Made by a program: the position numbers and the translations under genes. The notes under the pieces were generated by a model. That model had not been told where the DNA came from. It made no database searches and saw nothing but the letters and a program-made list of their open reading frames with translations. Of a stretch of DNA of 64,000 bases, positions 47,249-58,193 are shown piece by piece. Source of the DNA: Bacteroidales bacterium (lineage in GTDB: Bacteria > Bacteroidota > Bacteroidia > Bacteroidales > UBA4181); assembly GCA_031551645.1 (NCBI GenBank), contig JAVBNI010000069.1, positions 19,759 to 83,758 of the forward strand, written 5' to 3'. The number at the start of each line of letters is the position of its first letter. Position 1 is the first letter of the stretch.

Positions 47249-48571
47249 ATGAGCTGGAGAGAACTAATACCCAACAATAAGAGTGCTCTAACCCAAATAT
47301 TCAGTTCGTTGCGTTCGCGCAACTATCGGTTGTATTTTATTGGGCAATGTATTTCGCTGATAGGGACATGGATGCAACAAGTCGCGATGAGCTGGTTGGT
47401 CTACCGGCTCACCGATTCAGTATTGCTACTTGGCACAGTAGCCTTTATCAATCAATTGCCCAGCTTTTTGATTTCCCCATTTGCAGGTGTGCTCACCGAC
47501 CGTTTTGAACGTCGCCGTATCATGCTTTTTACGCAGACCTTATGCATGATAGAGGCTTTGTTCCTGGCCATCCTGGTACTTACCAACTTAATCCAGGTAT
47601 GGCACATTATGGCGTTCAGTTTGTTTGTAGGAATGGTCAATGCTTTCGATGCTCCTACACGCCAGTCCATGGTTGTCGAACTGGTTGACCGGAAGGAGGA
47701 CCTAAGCAATGCTATTGCGCTCAATTCGGCCATATTCAACGGCGCCCGGCTAATCGGCCCTTCAGTAGCGGGAATCCTGATTGCCTTAGTGGGTGAAGGA
47801 TATTGTTTCCTGATAAACGGACTGAGTTACATTGCAGTGTTGGGCGCTTTATTTATGATTCGAACAACGAAACACCATAAAATACAAAAACAAGAAAAAG
47901 TACTTTCCGGTTTTATCGAAGGGTTCAAATATTGTTATCATTACTTGCCTATCCGCATATTGCTGATGATGGTGGCTATGCTAAGCCTTGCAGGAATGCC
48001 TTTTATTGTCTTAATACCAGCTTTCGCCAAGGATGTATTGGGTGGCGACAGCCACACGCAAGGATTCATCCTGTCGTCGATCGGGGCCGGTGCTCTGATG
48101 GCTGCAATCTACTTAGCCGCCCGGAAAAGCGTTTTGGGACTTGGCAAAGTGGTATCCATCATGGGCGTAGTATTTGGATTAGGATTGGCCTGTGTCTCTT
48201 TCATGCGCATACACTGGATGGTATATGCTATATTTGTGCCGACAGGATTTGCTATGATTGCAACACTTGCATCATGTAACACTTTATTGCAGACATTAAC
48301 CGATGATGATAAACGTGGCCGGGTAATGGGTTTCTATACCATGTCCCTGATGGGAATGGCGCCTTTTGGGAGTCTATTTTACGGTTCTGTAGCCGATTGG
48401 GTGGGCGTACCCTACACCATGATGGGTGGCGGACTGATTTGTGTGGTTAGTGCGTTGTATTTTGAACATTGGCGGCCGATTGTAAGGCGTCTGTCCCGAA
48501 AAGTTTATGTAAAAAAGGGTATTATTCCCGAAATAGCAAAAGGTATTGACATGGAAAGTATCATGGAATAA
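47249..48571 (+). CDS. MFS transporter (EntS/MFS_3-like)
   Basis: Twelve predicted TM helices are present. The N-terminal segment is LRSRNYRLYFIGQ. Confidence 0.75.
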   Translation: MSWRELIPNNKSALTQIFSSLRSRNYRLYFIGQCISLIGTWMQQVAMSWLVYRLTDSVLLLGTVAFINQLPSFLISPFAGVLTDRFERRRIMLFTQTLCMIEALFLAILVLTNLIQVWHIMAFSLFVGMVNAFDAPTRQSMVVELVDRKEDLSNAIALNSAIFNGARLIGPSVAGILIALVGEGYCFLINGLSYIAVLGALFMIRTTKHHKIQKQEKVLSGFIEGFKYCYHYLPIRILLMMVAMLSLAGMPFIVLIPAFAKDVLGGDSHTQGFILSSIGAGALMAAIYLAARKSVLGLGKVVSIMGVVFGLGLACVSFMRIHWMVYAIFVPTGFAMIATLASCNTLLQTLTDDDKRGRVMGFYTMSLMGMAPFGSLFYGSVADWVGVPYTMMGGGLICVVSALYFEHWRPIVRRLSRKVYVKKGIIPEIAKGIDMESIME

Positions 48572-48584
48572 ACTGCTTTTTTCG

Positions 48585-48592
48585 TACTTTTG
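48585..48592 (+). promoter_or_regulatory. candidate -7 box TACTTTTG
   Basis: The box matches TAnnTTTG and lies 22 nt upstream of ATG 48614. Confidence 0.4.
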
Positions 48593-48613
48593 TAATATTT
48601 AATACTTGATATC

Positions 48614-50863
48614 ATGATTTTCGATTGGTCTTTAATACAGCAATTTTATACCGGATTAGGTCAGAAACAACAACAAATCCGCAGTATATTAAACCGTCCG
48701 CATACTTTGACGGAGAAAATTCTTTATGCACATCTGTCGAAAGATATGCCTGTAAAAACTTATAATCGTGGTGCTGATTATGTGAATTTCGCACCCGACC
48801 GTGTCGCTATGCAGGATGCCACAGCACAGATGACCTTACTCCAATTCATGAATGCCGGGATGGAACGCACAGCTGTTCCCTCGACTGTACATTGCGACCA
48901 CCTGATCCTGGCGCATATAAATGCAAAAACCGACCTTGAAAAAGCGATAGACAGCAATCGTGAAGTATACGATTTCCTGCAATCCGTGTCTGCCAAATAC
49001 GGGATTGGATTCTGGAAACCGGGAGCAGGTATCATCCACCAGGTAGTACTCGAAAATTATGCTTTCCCCGGAGGTATGATGGTTGGTACAGATTCACATA
49101 CGCCCAATGCCGGCGGATTAGGCATGGTGGCCATTGGCGTTGGCGGAGCCGATGCAGTAGATGTCATGGCGGCCATTCCCTGGGAACTATGCATGCCAAA
49201 GATCATCGGTGTAAAACTCACAGGAAAACTTACCGGATGGACATCTCCCAAAGATGTAATTTTGAAATTAGCCGGTATTCTTACCGTGAAAGGGGGCACC
49301 AATGCCATCATCGAATATTTTGGCGAAGGAACCTCTTCTATTTCGGCAACCGGTAAAGCCACCATTTGTAACATGGGAGCCGAAGTAGGCGCTACCTGTT
49401 CGCTGTTCCCTTACGATGAAAAGATGGCGCAATATCTTGCAGCTACAGGTCGCGAAGATGTGGCAAAATTAGCTGAGGCAAACCGGATACATCTTCAAGC
49501 AGATCCCGAAATATATGCCGACCCCGGAAAATATTACGATCGTGTTGTTGAAATCGATCTGGATACGCTCGAACCATACATAAACGGTCCGTTCACACCC
49601 GACGCAGCACATCCCCTATCATCATTCGCCCAAACCGTCAAGGAAAAGGATTATCCGGAAAAATTGGAAGTCGGGTTGATCGGTTCGTGTACCAACTCAT
49701 CCTACGAAGACATGACACGCGCTGCTTCCATCGCCCGCCAGGCTTTGGAAAAGGGCGTCAGGACAAAAGCGCAATTTATCGTTACGCCCGGGTCGGAACA
49801 AGTTCGCTATACTGCCGAACGCGATGGATTACTTCAAACATTTGAAGCAATCGGCGGCGTGACGATGGCCAACGCTTGCGGCCCATGTATCGGCCAATGG
49901 AAACGCCAGACCGATGACCCGACACGACGCAACTCCATCATTACCTCGTTCAACCGCAACTTTGCCAAACGCAATGACGGTAATCCTAATACTTTTGCTT
50001 TTGTAGCTTCGCCCGATATTGTTACCGCATTTGCCATTGCCGGTGACCTGACATTCAATCCGGCAAAGGATTTTCTCATTAATGAAAAAGGCGAAGAAGT
50101 CCGCCTAGACCCACCGCAGGGAATGGAACTTCCTCCCGCCGGTTTTGCTGTGGATGATCCCGGTTACATTGCGCCAAACAAAGAAGGGGCTTCAGTCACT
50201 GTAAAAATCGATCCCCGATCGGAACGTTTGCAAAAATTACAACCTTTCGCTCCCTGGGATGGTAAAAATTTTAAAGGCTTGCGCTTGTTGATCAAGGTAT
50301 CGGGTAAATGTACCACCGACCATATCTCCATGGCCGGACCCTGGTTACGGTATCGCGGACACCTCGACCACATATCGGACAACATGCTGATGGGCGCGGT
50401 AAATGCCTTTAATGGTAAGACGGATCACGTTCTTGACAGTTTCACGCATTCGTACGGCAAAGTATCGGAAGTGGCCAGGAATTACAAGGATCAAAATATC
50501 GGTTCAATCGTGGTTGCCGAAGAAAACTACGGTGAAGGGTCTTCACGCGAACATGCAGCTATGGAACCACGTTTTTTGAACGTAAAAACAATCTTAGCCA
50601 AATCCTTCGCCCGCATTCACGAAACCAACCTCAAAAAACAGGGTATGCTGGCACTCACTTTTATCGATAAATTCGACTATGACCGCATCCGCGAAGACGA
50701 TATGATCGATGTACTGGGATTGGAAACATTCATGCCCGGCAGGTCGCTTACCATTGTGTTGCACCATGCCGACGGCTCCCGCGAAGAGTTCCAGGCACAG
50801 CATACCTATAATCAGGCACAAATAGAATGGTTTAAAGCCGGAAGCGCACTCAATAATTTGTGA
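48614..50863 (+). CDS. acnA: aconitate hydratase (mitochondrial-type, ~750 aa)
   Basis: The Fe-S ligand motifs IGSCTNSS and [10 protein letters not shown] are present, along with a swivel domain. Confidence 0.9.
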   Translation: MIFDWSLIQQFYTGLGQKQQQIRSILNRPHTLTEKILYAHLSKDMPVKTYNRGADYVNFAPDRVAMQDATAQMTLLQFMNAGMERTAVPSTVHCDHLILAHINAKTDLEKAIDSNREVYDFLQSVSAKYGIGFWKPGAGIIHQVVLENYAFPGGMMVGTDSHTPNAGGLGMVAIGVGGADAVDVMAAIPWELCMPKIIGVKLTGKLTGWTSPKDVILKLAGILTVKGGTNAIIEYFGEGTSSISATGKATICNMGAEVGATCSLFPYDEKMAQYLAATGREDVAKLAEANRIHLQADPEIYADPGKYYDRVVEIDLDTLEPYINGPFTPDAAHPLSSFAQTVKEKDYPEKLEVGLIGSCTNSSYEDMTRAASIARQALEKGVRTKAQFIVTPGSEQVRYTAERDGLLQTFEAIGGVTMANACGPCIGQWKRQTDDPTRRNSIITSFNRNFAKRNDGNPNTFAFVASPDIVTAFAIAGDLTFNPAKDFLINEKGEEVRLDPPQGMELPPAGFAVDDPGYIAPNKEGASVTVKIDPRSERLQKLQPFAPWDGKNFKGLRLLIKVSGKCTTDHISMAGPWLRYRGHLDHISDNMLMGAVNAFNGKTDHVLDSFTHSYGKVSEVARNYKDQNIGSIVVAEENYGEGSSREHAAMEPRFLNVKTILAKSFARIHETNLKKQGMLALTFIDKFDYDRIREDDMIDVLGLETFMPGRSLTIVLHHADGSREEFQAQHTYNQAQIEWFKAGSALNNL

Positions 50864-50888
50864 CAGGTGACGAGTGACAGGTGACAAG
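50861..50888 (+). repeat. period-7 tract TGACAGG TGACGAG TGACAGG TGACAAG
   Basis: The first TGA is the aconitase stop codon. There are four units in exact phase. Confidence 0.8.
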
Positions 50889-50941
50889 AAATTTATAGAT
50901 TTATATCTAAGGATCAAATCATATTAACAGATTAAAAAATC

Positions 50942-52138
50942 ATGAACCAAATAACTTCAAGCAACGGAATATTACAAGTGCCTTCCACTCCGGTGATTCC
51001 CTATATCGAAGGCGATGGGATTGGGAAAGATATATGGCCTTCATCCCGCATGGTGATTGATGTTGCAGTAGAAAAGTCATATCAGGGAAAACGGAAAATC
51101 CTTTGGGAGGAAGTGCTTGCCGGAGAAAAATCCTTCAACCAAAATGGTTCATGGCTTCCTGATGCAACAATGGATGCTTTCCGGAAATATTTAGTCGGGA
51201 TAAAAGGGCCGCTTACCACGCCGGTTGGCGGAGGCATACGTTCGTTGAATGTAGCTTTACGCCAGGACCTGGATCTTTATGTTTGCCTAAGGCCGGTAAG
51301 GTGGTTCAAAGGGGTTGTTTCGCCATTGAAAGAACCTCAGAAAGTCAATATGGTGATTTTTCGCGAGAATACCGAAGATATTTACGCAGGCATCGAATGG
51401 ATGCAAGGTACACCCGAAGCGCAAAAAATGCTTGAATTCCTACAAAAGGAAATGGGCGTAAAAAAGATCCGGTTTCCCGAAACATCATCGTTCGGAGTAA
51501 AACCCGTATCGGTGGAAGGAACTGAACGTTTGGTACGGGCGGCCATTGAGTATGCGCTTCGCAACCACTTACCGTCAGTAACGTTGGTACACAAGGGTAA
51601 TATCATGAAGTTTACCGAAGGCGGCTTCAAAATCTGGGGATACGCATTGGCAGAACGTGAATATGGCGACGCCATCCGTTCGGGAAAATTAGTGATCAAG
51701 GATGTGATTGCCGACGCTTTCCTTCAAAATACCCTGTTACGGCCTGAGGACTATTCTGTCATTGCAACCCTTAACCTAAACGGTGACTATATTTCCGATC
51801 AATTAGCTGCCATGGTTGGCGGTATTGGTATTGCCCCGGGGGCTAACATTAATTATCTGACCGGTCATGCCATTTTTGAAGCTACCCACGGCACCGGGCC
51901 TGATATAGCCGGAAAAAACATAGCCAATCCGTCGTCGCTGCTGTTGTCGGCGGCCATGATGCTGGAATATATTGGATGGAACGAAGCGGCACAATGCATC
52001 GTCAATGCCATGGAACAAACCCTGCAACAAGGCAAAGCCACCGTCGACCTGGCTCGATTCATGCCAAACGGGAGGACACTCGGAACAAAAGAGTTTGCAG
52101 AGGAGCTGATCAAATCAGTAGGCAGTGGCCAGCAGTAG
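50942..52138 (+). CDS. icd: NADP-dependent isocitrate dehydrogenase
   Basis: The 398-aa protein carries the NLNGDYISD motif and an isocitrate/isopropylmalate dehydrogenase-like body. Confidence 0.9.
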   Translation: MNQITSSNGILQVPSTPVIPYIEGDGIGKDIWPSSRMVIDVAVEKSYQGKRKILWEEVLAGEKSFNQNGSWLPDATMDAFRKYLVGIKGPLTTPVGGGIRSLNVALRQDLDLYVCLRPVRWFKGVVSPLKEPQKVNMVIFRENTEDIYAGIEWMQGTPEAQKMLEFLQKEMGVKKIRFPETSSFGVKPVSVEGTERLVRAAIEYALRNHLPSVTLVHKGNIMKFTEGGFKIWGYALAEREYGDAIRSGKLVIKDVIADAFLQNTLLRPEDYSVIATLNLNGDYISDQLAAMVGGIGIAPGANINYLTGHAIFEATHGTGPDIAGKNIANPSSLLLSAAMMLEYIGWNEAAQCIVNAMEQTLQQGKATVDLARFMPNGRTLGTKEFAEELIKSVGSGQQ

Positions 52139-52157
52139 TAAACAGTAGGCAGTGGCT

Positions 52158-52309
52158 TACTGTATGTTTATTTCGGCAACAATACGTTTGGCGCCACCTA
52201 CTTTTTCGGTGACAAAAAAATATAACGGATGTCACATGTGATATTATGGCGTTGATCCGGATCATAAAGTAAATCGCTCATAGTTCCTTCCCAGTTGCGG
52301 TCGAAGTTG
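52158..52309 (-). pseudogene. relic of the last ~45 codons of an S46 peptidase gene (5'-truncated, frameshifted)
   Basis: The minus-strand reading HNFDRNWEGTMSDLLYDPDQRHNITCDIRY matches LNFDRNWEGTMSDLLYDPDQCRNIVVDIRY at the C-terminus of 54130-56289. A 1-nt deletion then gives a premature stop. Confidence 0.8.
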
Positions 52310-52767
52310 TGCTGAGGTTGTAAAAATTTGTTTTGTCTCTAAATCGATGTGAATATAAAGTAGTACACTTAATATTGCTTAAACGTTTAAGCAATATAAT
52401 TTTATTTAATATAATGATGAATTTACACTACAAATAAAGAACATGAATTTACACAGATCATTATTATCATAATGAACTAAAGAAACACAAAAAGTCCTTT
52501 GGATAATCGATAAAAATGTTCGTTATTTGATGGTGAGATAAAATTCGTTTTTATATAGAAAAACTAGTTTGTTTTTATATATAAGATGATGGATATAAGA
52601 CTATTGAATAATTTTGGGAAACGGGGAGATTTTTCTATTTATGAGTTAACAGCAAGCAAGCGAAAGCATCTTGAGAGTAACCACTGTCATGTTAGCAGCA
52701 AGCGACAGCGCAGTGGGGCCGGATAGCCGAACGACAAACAATACATAATCAAATAATTTAAAACCAA

Positions 52768-53859
52768 ATGAATAGAATTTTAATCGTCATTTTAGTTGCG
52801 CTAAATTTTCAAGCGTGTGTACAAGAAAAAGTTCTTTTGGAAAAACCAAGTATCGACAAGAGGACCGAGTTATTAAGCATCGTTTTTCGTTTGGCAGAAA
52901 AGCCAGAGTATTCGTCAAAGGAGTTTAAACTTTATTCCGATAGAATAGAACAATATTTTGAAAAATACAAAAATCATGAGTTGATTCAATTCACAAAATC
53001 AATCATTTCTGAGAGTTGGGTTGGTTATGATCAAGTAATGTCAATGGCTCTTCATATGGACGATAACCTGAAACTGCTGACAGATGTCAAGGAAATCTGG
53101 CAACATACTGGGTGGAAAAAGGAATATGCAGAGAAGTTTGTTCTGTTATTGCAGAAGTTTTATAAAGATACCGAATTTGACAAATTTTTTAAAGATAATG
53201 CCGATATTTACGATGAGGCAGTCAAACGTTTTTCCCCTGTTTATGAGCAAATGGATTTAAACTGGTATCGTACTTTTTACGGAAAAGAATCTTCAGAAAC
53301 ATTTTTGATAATCATCGGATTGGGTAATTATGACGCTAATTACGGGGTGAACTTAGATTATACCAATGGAAACAGAAAAGTATATGCTATTATGGGTTAT
53401 TGGAGAATTGACAATACAGGTATGCCCGAGTTTAGGACAAATGAATATTTCCCAATAATACTTCACGAGTTTAATCATTCATTTGCACCACAATTGACTG
53501 AAAATAGTAAAGACCATCCGTTAAGAGAAAGCGGGGAAAAAATATTTTCAGTAGTGAAAGATGAAATGACAGCTCAAGCGTATCCATTGTGGGAAGGGAT
53601 GTGGAATGAAGCAATAGTGAGGGCAGCCGTTATTAAGTATATGAAAGACCATAATTTTAAACAATTAGAAATTGAAAATGAAATAAAGATACAAAAAGCA
53701 AAAGGATTTTTTTGGATAGAAGAACTTGTTGATGAATTGGAAAGTTATGACAAACAACGAGACATATATCCAACATTAGATAGTTACATGCCGAAACTTG
53801 TTGAAGCCTATAACATTTGGGCAAAAACATTTAAAACAAATGATGATGCTATGCAATGA
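52768..53859 (+). CDS. DUF4932-like lipoprotein with HExxH motif (LHEFNHSF)
   Basis: A lipobox (NFQAC) and the HEFNH zinc-metallopeptidase-like motif are present. The gene is visibly AT-rich compared with its flanks. Confidence 0.6.
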   Translation: MNRILIVILVALNFQACVQEKVLLEKPSIDKRTELLSIVFRLAEKPEYSSKEFKLYSDRIEQYFEKYKNHELIQFTKSIISESWVGYDQVMSMALHMDDNLKLLTDVKEIWQHTGWKKEYAEKFVLLLQKFYKDTEFDKFFKDNADIYDEAVKRFSPVYEQMDLNWYRTFYGKESSETFLIIIGLGNYDANYGVNLDYTNGNRKVYAIMGYWRIDNTGMPEFRTNEYFPIILHEFNHSFAPQLTENSKDHPLRESGEKIFSVVKDEMTAQAYPLWEGMWNEAIVRAAVIKYMKDHNFKQLEIENEIKIQKAKGFFWIEELVDELESYDKQRDIYPTLDSYMPKLVEAYNIWAKTFKTNDDAMQ

Positions 53860-54129
53860 GTGACAGATGCCTAACGAGCGGTTTGGCGTCAGGCGGGGTT
53901 TAGTTGTGGCTTGATGGTTCGGTAGGACTTCATCATCTGTCGGTTTTTACAAAAGCAAAACCTTCGCAAAGCTATCTATCGTTATGTGTCAGCGAATAAA
54001 GTGCGCAATGAACAAAACCCGTGGAAAATTGAATGCATCCTACAATATGGCAAGACCAGTAAAGCCATAAGAGAAGGAAAAATTTAGAAGTTGCACCACC
54101 GCGTAGCTTTTTTTGTGCCGGATCAACCA

Positions 54130-56289
54130 CTATTGTACTGTCATCTCATCTACGATCCGTGTGGCGCCATACACCTTCCCGGTAACGAAAAGAACGTAAC
54201 GGATATCGACCACAATATTACGGCATTGATCCGGATCATAAAGCAAATCGCTCATGGTTCCTTCCCAGTTGCGGTCGAAGTTGAGGCCAATCAATTCGCC
54301 TTTTCCATTGAACACGGGACTTCCCGAATTGCCACCCGAAGTGTGATTCGAGGCGATGAAACATACGGGAACCGTATTACCGGAAGCATAACGTCCAAAG
54401 TCTTTATTTTCATATGCCACTTTCAAAGCCTGAGGTACTTTATAGTCATATATTTCCGGGTTGTCTTTCTCCATGATCCCCTCAAGCGTGGTATAAGGCA
54501 GGTATTCTACTGCATCGGAAGGCGAATATCCTTCCATGCGACCAAAAGCAACACGCAAAGTATGGTTCGCATCAGGGTAAAACATCCGCCCGCTATTAAC
54601 CTGTAATTGTGCCGCCATATAGATACGTGACAAACTATCGCGTTGCTGCAACAAGCGTGCGTGTGGCATACGGATTTTTGTATCCAGCATTTTGTGTCCG
54701 CTCCGGTAAATCAGCAAGAAAGGATCGTTGGCTAAAAGCTTCGTATTCTTTTTGGTTGGATGTGTCAATGCCGCCTTTATTGTCTCATATGAACGGAAAA
54801 CCGATTTTTTGTATGCTTCATCAGCCCATTGTTCGAATGAACCTTTATGCTTTTTAAGCTGCATGGTCATCTCATCAAAATGATACCCGGAAGGAATCTC
54901 ATCATAATATGCTTTCATCATGGCAATAAAAAGATTCCGATCTACCTGTGGGGAATAATCTTTATAAAATTTTTCGGCACCGTACAAAAAAACCGCTACC
55001 AATGAATCAGGTAGCATGACATTTTCATTTGAGTTAATCAGAAGGGCATCATAGAAACCAGCAAAATTAACTAATTCAATTGTAGTTATTGCCTCAGGAT
55101 AACAAATCCAGGCTTGATTAAGTGGAGCAAACATTTCTATGTTACGGCGTATCTGACTTAGCAACTGTCCATAATCTTGCACCCATTTTGAATTGGATTG
55201 TATCTGCTGTGTAAAGCGGTCTTCATAAGTATGCTTTTGCGCCAAACCATCGGCACGCTTCACACCGTGTATCACTCCCTGCCATTTTTTCCAGGCATTG
55301 CTCACCGAAGCATATTTGGCAGCATATTGAATACGGACAGCAGGGTCGGCCTGCATGTAACCATCCATAATCTCAAGACGTTTTGTCCGCATGGCTACAC
55401 GAAGGGGATAGTTCTGATGTATGAGATAATCCATCTCATACGAACTGATATATTCATCGGTCGCTGCCGGATAGCCATATACTATAGTAAAATCACCACG
55501 GCGAACGCTGGAAACGGATACCGGTACATGCCGGCGGGGTTGATAAGGTACGTTGTCCGATGAATATTCTGCGGGTTTATTATCCTTTCCAGCATATATG
55601 CGAAAAATACTGAAATCACCCGTATGACGAGGCCATACCCAGTTATCGGTGTCCCCGCCGAATTTCCCAATGGCCGATGGCGGCGCACCCACCAATCGCA
55701 CATCATGATATACTTCATAAAGATACATGAAGTACTGGTTGCCTTTATACAAAGGTTTGACTTCTATGTGATAACTCCCTTCGGGTTTATTTGCCTTGCA
55801 AATACGCGAAATAACCCGCCGGATACTGTCTCCCCGCTCCTGCTCATTCATCGAGGGAGTAATGTTCTGTAAAACCTGTGTTGTTACATCTTCCATTCGT
55901 TCCAGAAACGCAACACTCAACCCCGGATTGGGTAATTCTTCATCAAAAGAAGATGCCCAGAACCCATCGGTCAGATAGTCGTGCTCCAATGAGCTATGTG
56001 CCTGTATCTGCCCGTAACCACAATGATGATTAGTCAGTAATAATCCCTGTGGCGACACTACCACACCGGTGCATCCACCGCCAAAGAGAACGATGGCGTC
56101 TTTCAAGCTTGACTGGTTGATGCTGTAAATATCTTCGGACGAGAGCGCCATTCCCATATTTTTCATCTGTTGATAACGAGTTTGTTCCAATAACAAAGGT
56201 ATCCACATACCCTCATCTGCCCGGACAGGGATCAATGCTAAAAGCGAAAAAATGAAAATAGATGTCTGTTTTGCAATATTCATGATCAT
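54130..56289 (-). CDS. S46 family dipeptidyl-peptidase (DPP7/DPP11-like)
   Basis: The N-terminal segment ADEGMWIP, the His region LTNHHCG and the Ser region GGNSGSPV are present. The protein is 719 aa. Confidence 0.85.
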   Translation of the reverse strand: MIMNIAKQTSIFIFSLLALIPVRADEGMWIPLLLEQTRYQQMKNMGMALSSEDIYSINQSSLKDAIVLFGGGCTGVVVSPQGLLLTNHHCGYGQIQAHSSLEHDYLTDGFWASSFDEELPNPGLSVAFLERMEDVTTQVLQNITPSMNEQERGDSIRRVISRICKANKPEGSYHIEVKPLYKGNQYFMYLYEVYHDVRLVGAPPSAIGKFGGDTDNWVWPRHTGDFSIFRIYAGKDNKPAEYSSDNVPYQPRRHVPVSVSSVRRGDFTIVYGYPAATDEYISSYEMDYLIHQNYPLRVAMRTKRLEIMDGYMQADPAVRIQYAAKYASVSNAWKKWQGVIHGVKRADGLAQKHTYEDRFTQQIQSNSKWVQDYGQLLSQIRRNIEMFAPLNQAWICYPEAITTIELVNFAGFYDALLINSNENVMLPDSLVAVFLYGAEKFYKDYSPQVDRNLFIAMMKAYYDEIPSGYHFDEMTMQLKKHKGSFEQWADEAYKKSVFRSYETIKAALTHPTKKNTKLLANDPFLLIYRSGHKMLDTKIRMPHARLLQQRDSLSRIYMAAQLQVNSGRMFYPDANHTLRVAFGRMEGYSPSDAVEYLPYTTLEGIMEKDNPEIYDYKVPQALKVAYENKDFGRYASGNTVPVCFIASNHTSGGNSGSPVFNGKGELIGLNFDRNWEGTMSDLLYDPDQCRNIVVDIRYVLFVTGKVYGATRIVDEMTVQ

Positions 56290-56415
56290 TTTTTTTGATG
56301 ATAGAATAAAATTATAAATATCTGAGTAGCCTTATACTTTGATGTTTACGAATTTCAATGTACAAAGATAATCTGATCTTAAAAGAAAAGCAAAACAACG
56401 TTTCTTCTTTATTTG

Positions 56416-56423
56416 TAAATTTG
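56416..56423 (+). promoter_or_regulatory. candidate -7 box TAAATTTG
   Basis: The box matches TAnnTTTG and lies 64 nt upstream of ATG 56487. Confidence 0.35.
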
Positions 56424-56486
56424 CAATATATATCAAAATACATATGAATTTATAAGGTATTTAATAACTTTTAAAACCAGAAAACA

Positions 56487-57842
56487 ATGAAAAATGAATA
56501 TATGCTTTATAAACTGTCTGAGTCGATCAAGACTACCAGCAGGATCGATAACGAGTTATTCCAGCAGTATAATGTCAAACGGGGGCTACGTAATGAGGAT
56601 CATTCGGGCGTCCTGGTAGGGCTGACCAAAATAGGCGATGTGGTTGGTTATGAACGTAGCGACGATGGATTGAAAGCCATCCCGGGAAGGCTAATGTACA
56701 GAGGTATTGATCTGGAAGAGTTGGTGAAGGGTTTGCAAACTGAAAGCCGGTTGGGCTTTGAGGAAACAGTATTTCTTTTGCTCTCCGGGTACCTACCCGA
56801 CCAGGAAGAACTGAACACTTTCTGCGACATGCTGAACCATGCGCTTCCATTGGAACAGAAAATCAAGATGAGCATCATCGATCTTGAAGGTACCAACATC
56901 ATGAATATACTTGCACGTACGGTGCTGGAAATGTATACTTTCGACGAAAAACCCGATGACACCTCACGTGAAAATCTTATGCGGCAATCGATTGACCTGA
57001 TCGCAAAATTTCCCACCATCATTGCCTATGCATACAATATCATGCGGCATAGCACTTACGGACGGTCTTTACATATCCGCCATCCGAAAGAGGATGTATC
57101 GATTGCCGAGAATTTTCTGTTTATGCTCAAAGGGCCCAGGCGTTATACTAAATTGGATGTAAAAATACTTGACTTGGTGCTGATCCTGCATGCCGAACAT
57201 GGCGGAGGTAACAACTCTACGTTTACTGTCCGTGTGACCAGTTCGTCGGGTACCGATACTTATTCGTCGATTGCGGCAGCTATTGGTTCGCTGAAAGGCC
57301 CGCTGCACGGAGGAGCCAATCTCCAGGTGATTGATATGTTCAACCACTTGAAAGAGAATATCAGTGATTGGGAAGACCGCGATGAAATCGTGGAGTACCT
57401 GAAAAAGATACTCAACAAGGAGGCTTACAACCGTTCGGGAAAAATATACGGGATCGGCCATGCCGTATATACCGTATCCGATCCCCGGGCTGAGTTACTG
57501 AAAGAAATGGCACGTGAACTGGCTAAGGAAAAGGGACGGGAAAAGGAATTCAATTTCCTGACCTTGCTTGAGGAATTAGCCGTTGAAACGTTTATGGAAT
57601 ATAAAGGGAACAAGGTGAATAAACGGGTTTGCGCCAACGTGGATTTTTATTCAGGTTTTGTATATGAAATGATCGGTCTGCCGTCAGAAGTTTTTACTCC
57701 GTTGTTTGCCATGTCTCGCATTGCAGGGTGGACGGCACACCGCATCGAAGAGCTTAACTTTGCCAGCAAACGGATTATCCGGCCTGCTTATAAGAATGTG
57801 AACACAACAAAAAGTTTTGTGCCAATGAACAAGCGGATTTAG
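56487..57842 (+). CDS. gltA: citrate synthase
   Basis: The motifs LILHAEHGGGNNSTF and GIGHAVY are present in this 451-aa protein. Confidence 0.9.
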   Translation: MKNEYMLYKLSESIKTTSRIDNELFQQYNVKRGLRNEDHSGVLVGLTKIGDVVGYERSDDGLKAIPGRLMYRGIDLEELVKGLQTESRLGFEETVFLLLSGYLPDQEELNTFCDMLNHALPLEQKIKMSIIDLEGTNIMNILARTVLEMYTFDEKPDDTSRENLMRQSIDLIAKFPTIIAYAYNIMRHSTYGRSLHIRHPKEDVSIAENFLFMLKGPRRYTKLDVKILDLVLILHAEHGGGNNSTFTVRVTSSSGTDTYSSIAAAIGSLKGPLHGGANLQVIDMFNHLKENISDWEDRDEIVEYLKKILNKEAYNRSGKIYGIGHAVYTVSDPRAELLKEMARELAKEKGREKEFNFLTLLEELAVETFMEYKGNKVNKRVCANVDFYSGFVYEMIGLPSEVFTPLFAMSRIAGWTAHRIEELNFASKRIIRPAYKNVNTTKSFVPMNKRI

Positions 57843-57880
57843 GGAACGAAGTAGTGGACAATGGAAAGTTGAAAGTTGAC

Positions 57881-57921
57881 AACAGGCGGAAACTATTTTT
57901 AATTTCCGCCTGTTTTGTTTT
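57881..57921 (+). terminator. intrinsic terminator, 12-bp stem AACAGGCGGAAA / TTTCCGCCTGTT, loop CTATTTTTAA
   Basis: A perfect inverted repeat is followed by TTTGTTTTT. It lies 39 nt after the gltA stop. Confidence 0.8.
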
Positions 57922-58193
57922 TCGATTCTTTACATCGTTTCATCAGAATAATATTTCGTGTGGATATTATTTGCTGTTGTTTTAACAAACAATAATTCTG
58001 TAAGATAAAATCACATTCAACACTGACAGATTACTCATAATCGTTACATGTCCTCGCTGCCAGGGAATATGTGTAGTTATTTCTTAAAATTGATATTCTG
58101 TTATTTGCATGTGGCAAAACATAAAAGTGACTTAAGTACATCAATAGCGTTAACACAATCTTATTTTTATAAAAATAATCTGAAAATATTTAA

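Noticed and set aside
53860-53935. An integron attC-like site, GCCTAACGAGCGGTTTGGCG..., directly after the DUF4932 stop. This raised the idea of an integron gene cassette.
   Set aside because: I could not find the matching inverse core (GTTRRRY) or a convincing imperfect palindrome within 60-140 nt. No intI gene and no cassette array are visible. The idea might be worth a formal attC covariance-model scan.
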